Assembly: GCF_004010195.1 (NCBI RefSeq)
Contig: NC_057727.1
Location: forward strand, 47,813,506 to 47,877,505
Length of the DNA stretch: 64,000 nt
Direction: 5' to 3'
DNA from: Chiloscyllium plagiosum
Taxonomy: Eukaryota
Part shown: positions 63,884 through 64,000 of the stretch, piece after piece
Position numbering within the stretch: the stretch's first letter is position 1
Layout of the letters: each line of letters opens with the position of its first letter
The notes under the pieces: generated by a model
The model's input: only the letters and a program-made list of their open reading frames with translations
The model's database searches: none
What the model was told of the DNA's origin: nothing
Program-made: the position numbers and the translations under genes

Positions 63884-64000
63884 AGGAGAAAGTGAGGACT
63901 GCAGATGCTGGAGATCAGAGCTGAAAAATGTGTTGCTGGAAAAGCGCAGCAGGTCAGGCAGAACCCAAGGAGCAGGAGATGATTCCTGAAGAAGGGCTTA
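63884..64000. mobile_element. Inverted Penelope tails: minus arm to ~63979, then a plus arm starting with a hammerhead core (cut by the window end)
   Basis: Minus arm nearly identical to 52218-52280; gattcctgaagaagggctta at 63981-64000 is the reverse complement of 52298-52317. Confidence 0.88.

Overview
Repeat-dense eukaryotic DNA, almost certainly from a shark (HE1 V-SINEs and HER1/CR1 LINEs). No intact protein-coding gene is evident: the long ORFs in the track are decayed transposon remnants, antisense frames or gap artefacts. The first ~4.8 kb is a 31-bp tandem satellite with higher-order structure. The rest holds many CR1 fragments (one near-full ORF2 at ~60.8-63.9 kb), an L1/Tx1-type LINE (~50.3-53.4 kb), SINEs of at least three superfamilies, a TA-flanked Tc1/mariner MITE, Penelope-like (GIY-YIG) fragments and seven Myb/SANT (Harbinger-type) gene relics. 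The most interesting signal is a set of nine minimal hammerhead-ribozyme cores (CUGANGA-stem II-GAAA-palindromic stem III) in Penelope 3' tails; two are intact, six are decayed and one is cut by the window end. Several lie in ~100-160 bp stand-alone inserts (one with a 16-bp target-site duplication), and two loci share an identical inverted junction, which suggests a non-autonomous, retrozyme-like mobile unit. A weak, unproven chain of small + strand exons may indicate an unidentified host gene. All family assignments come from motif recognition by eye, not database searches, and boundaries of old repeats are approximate.
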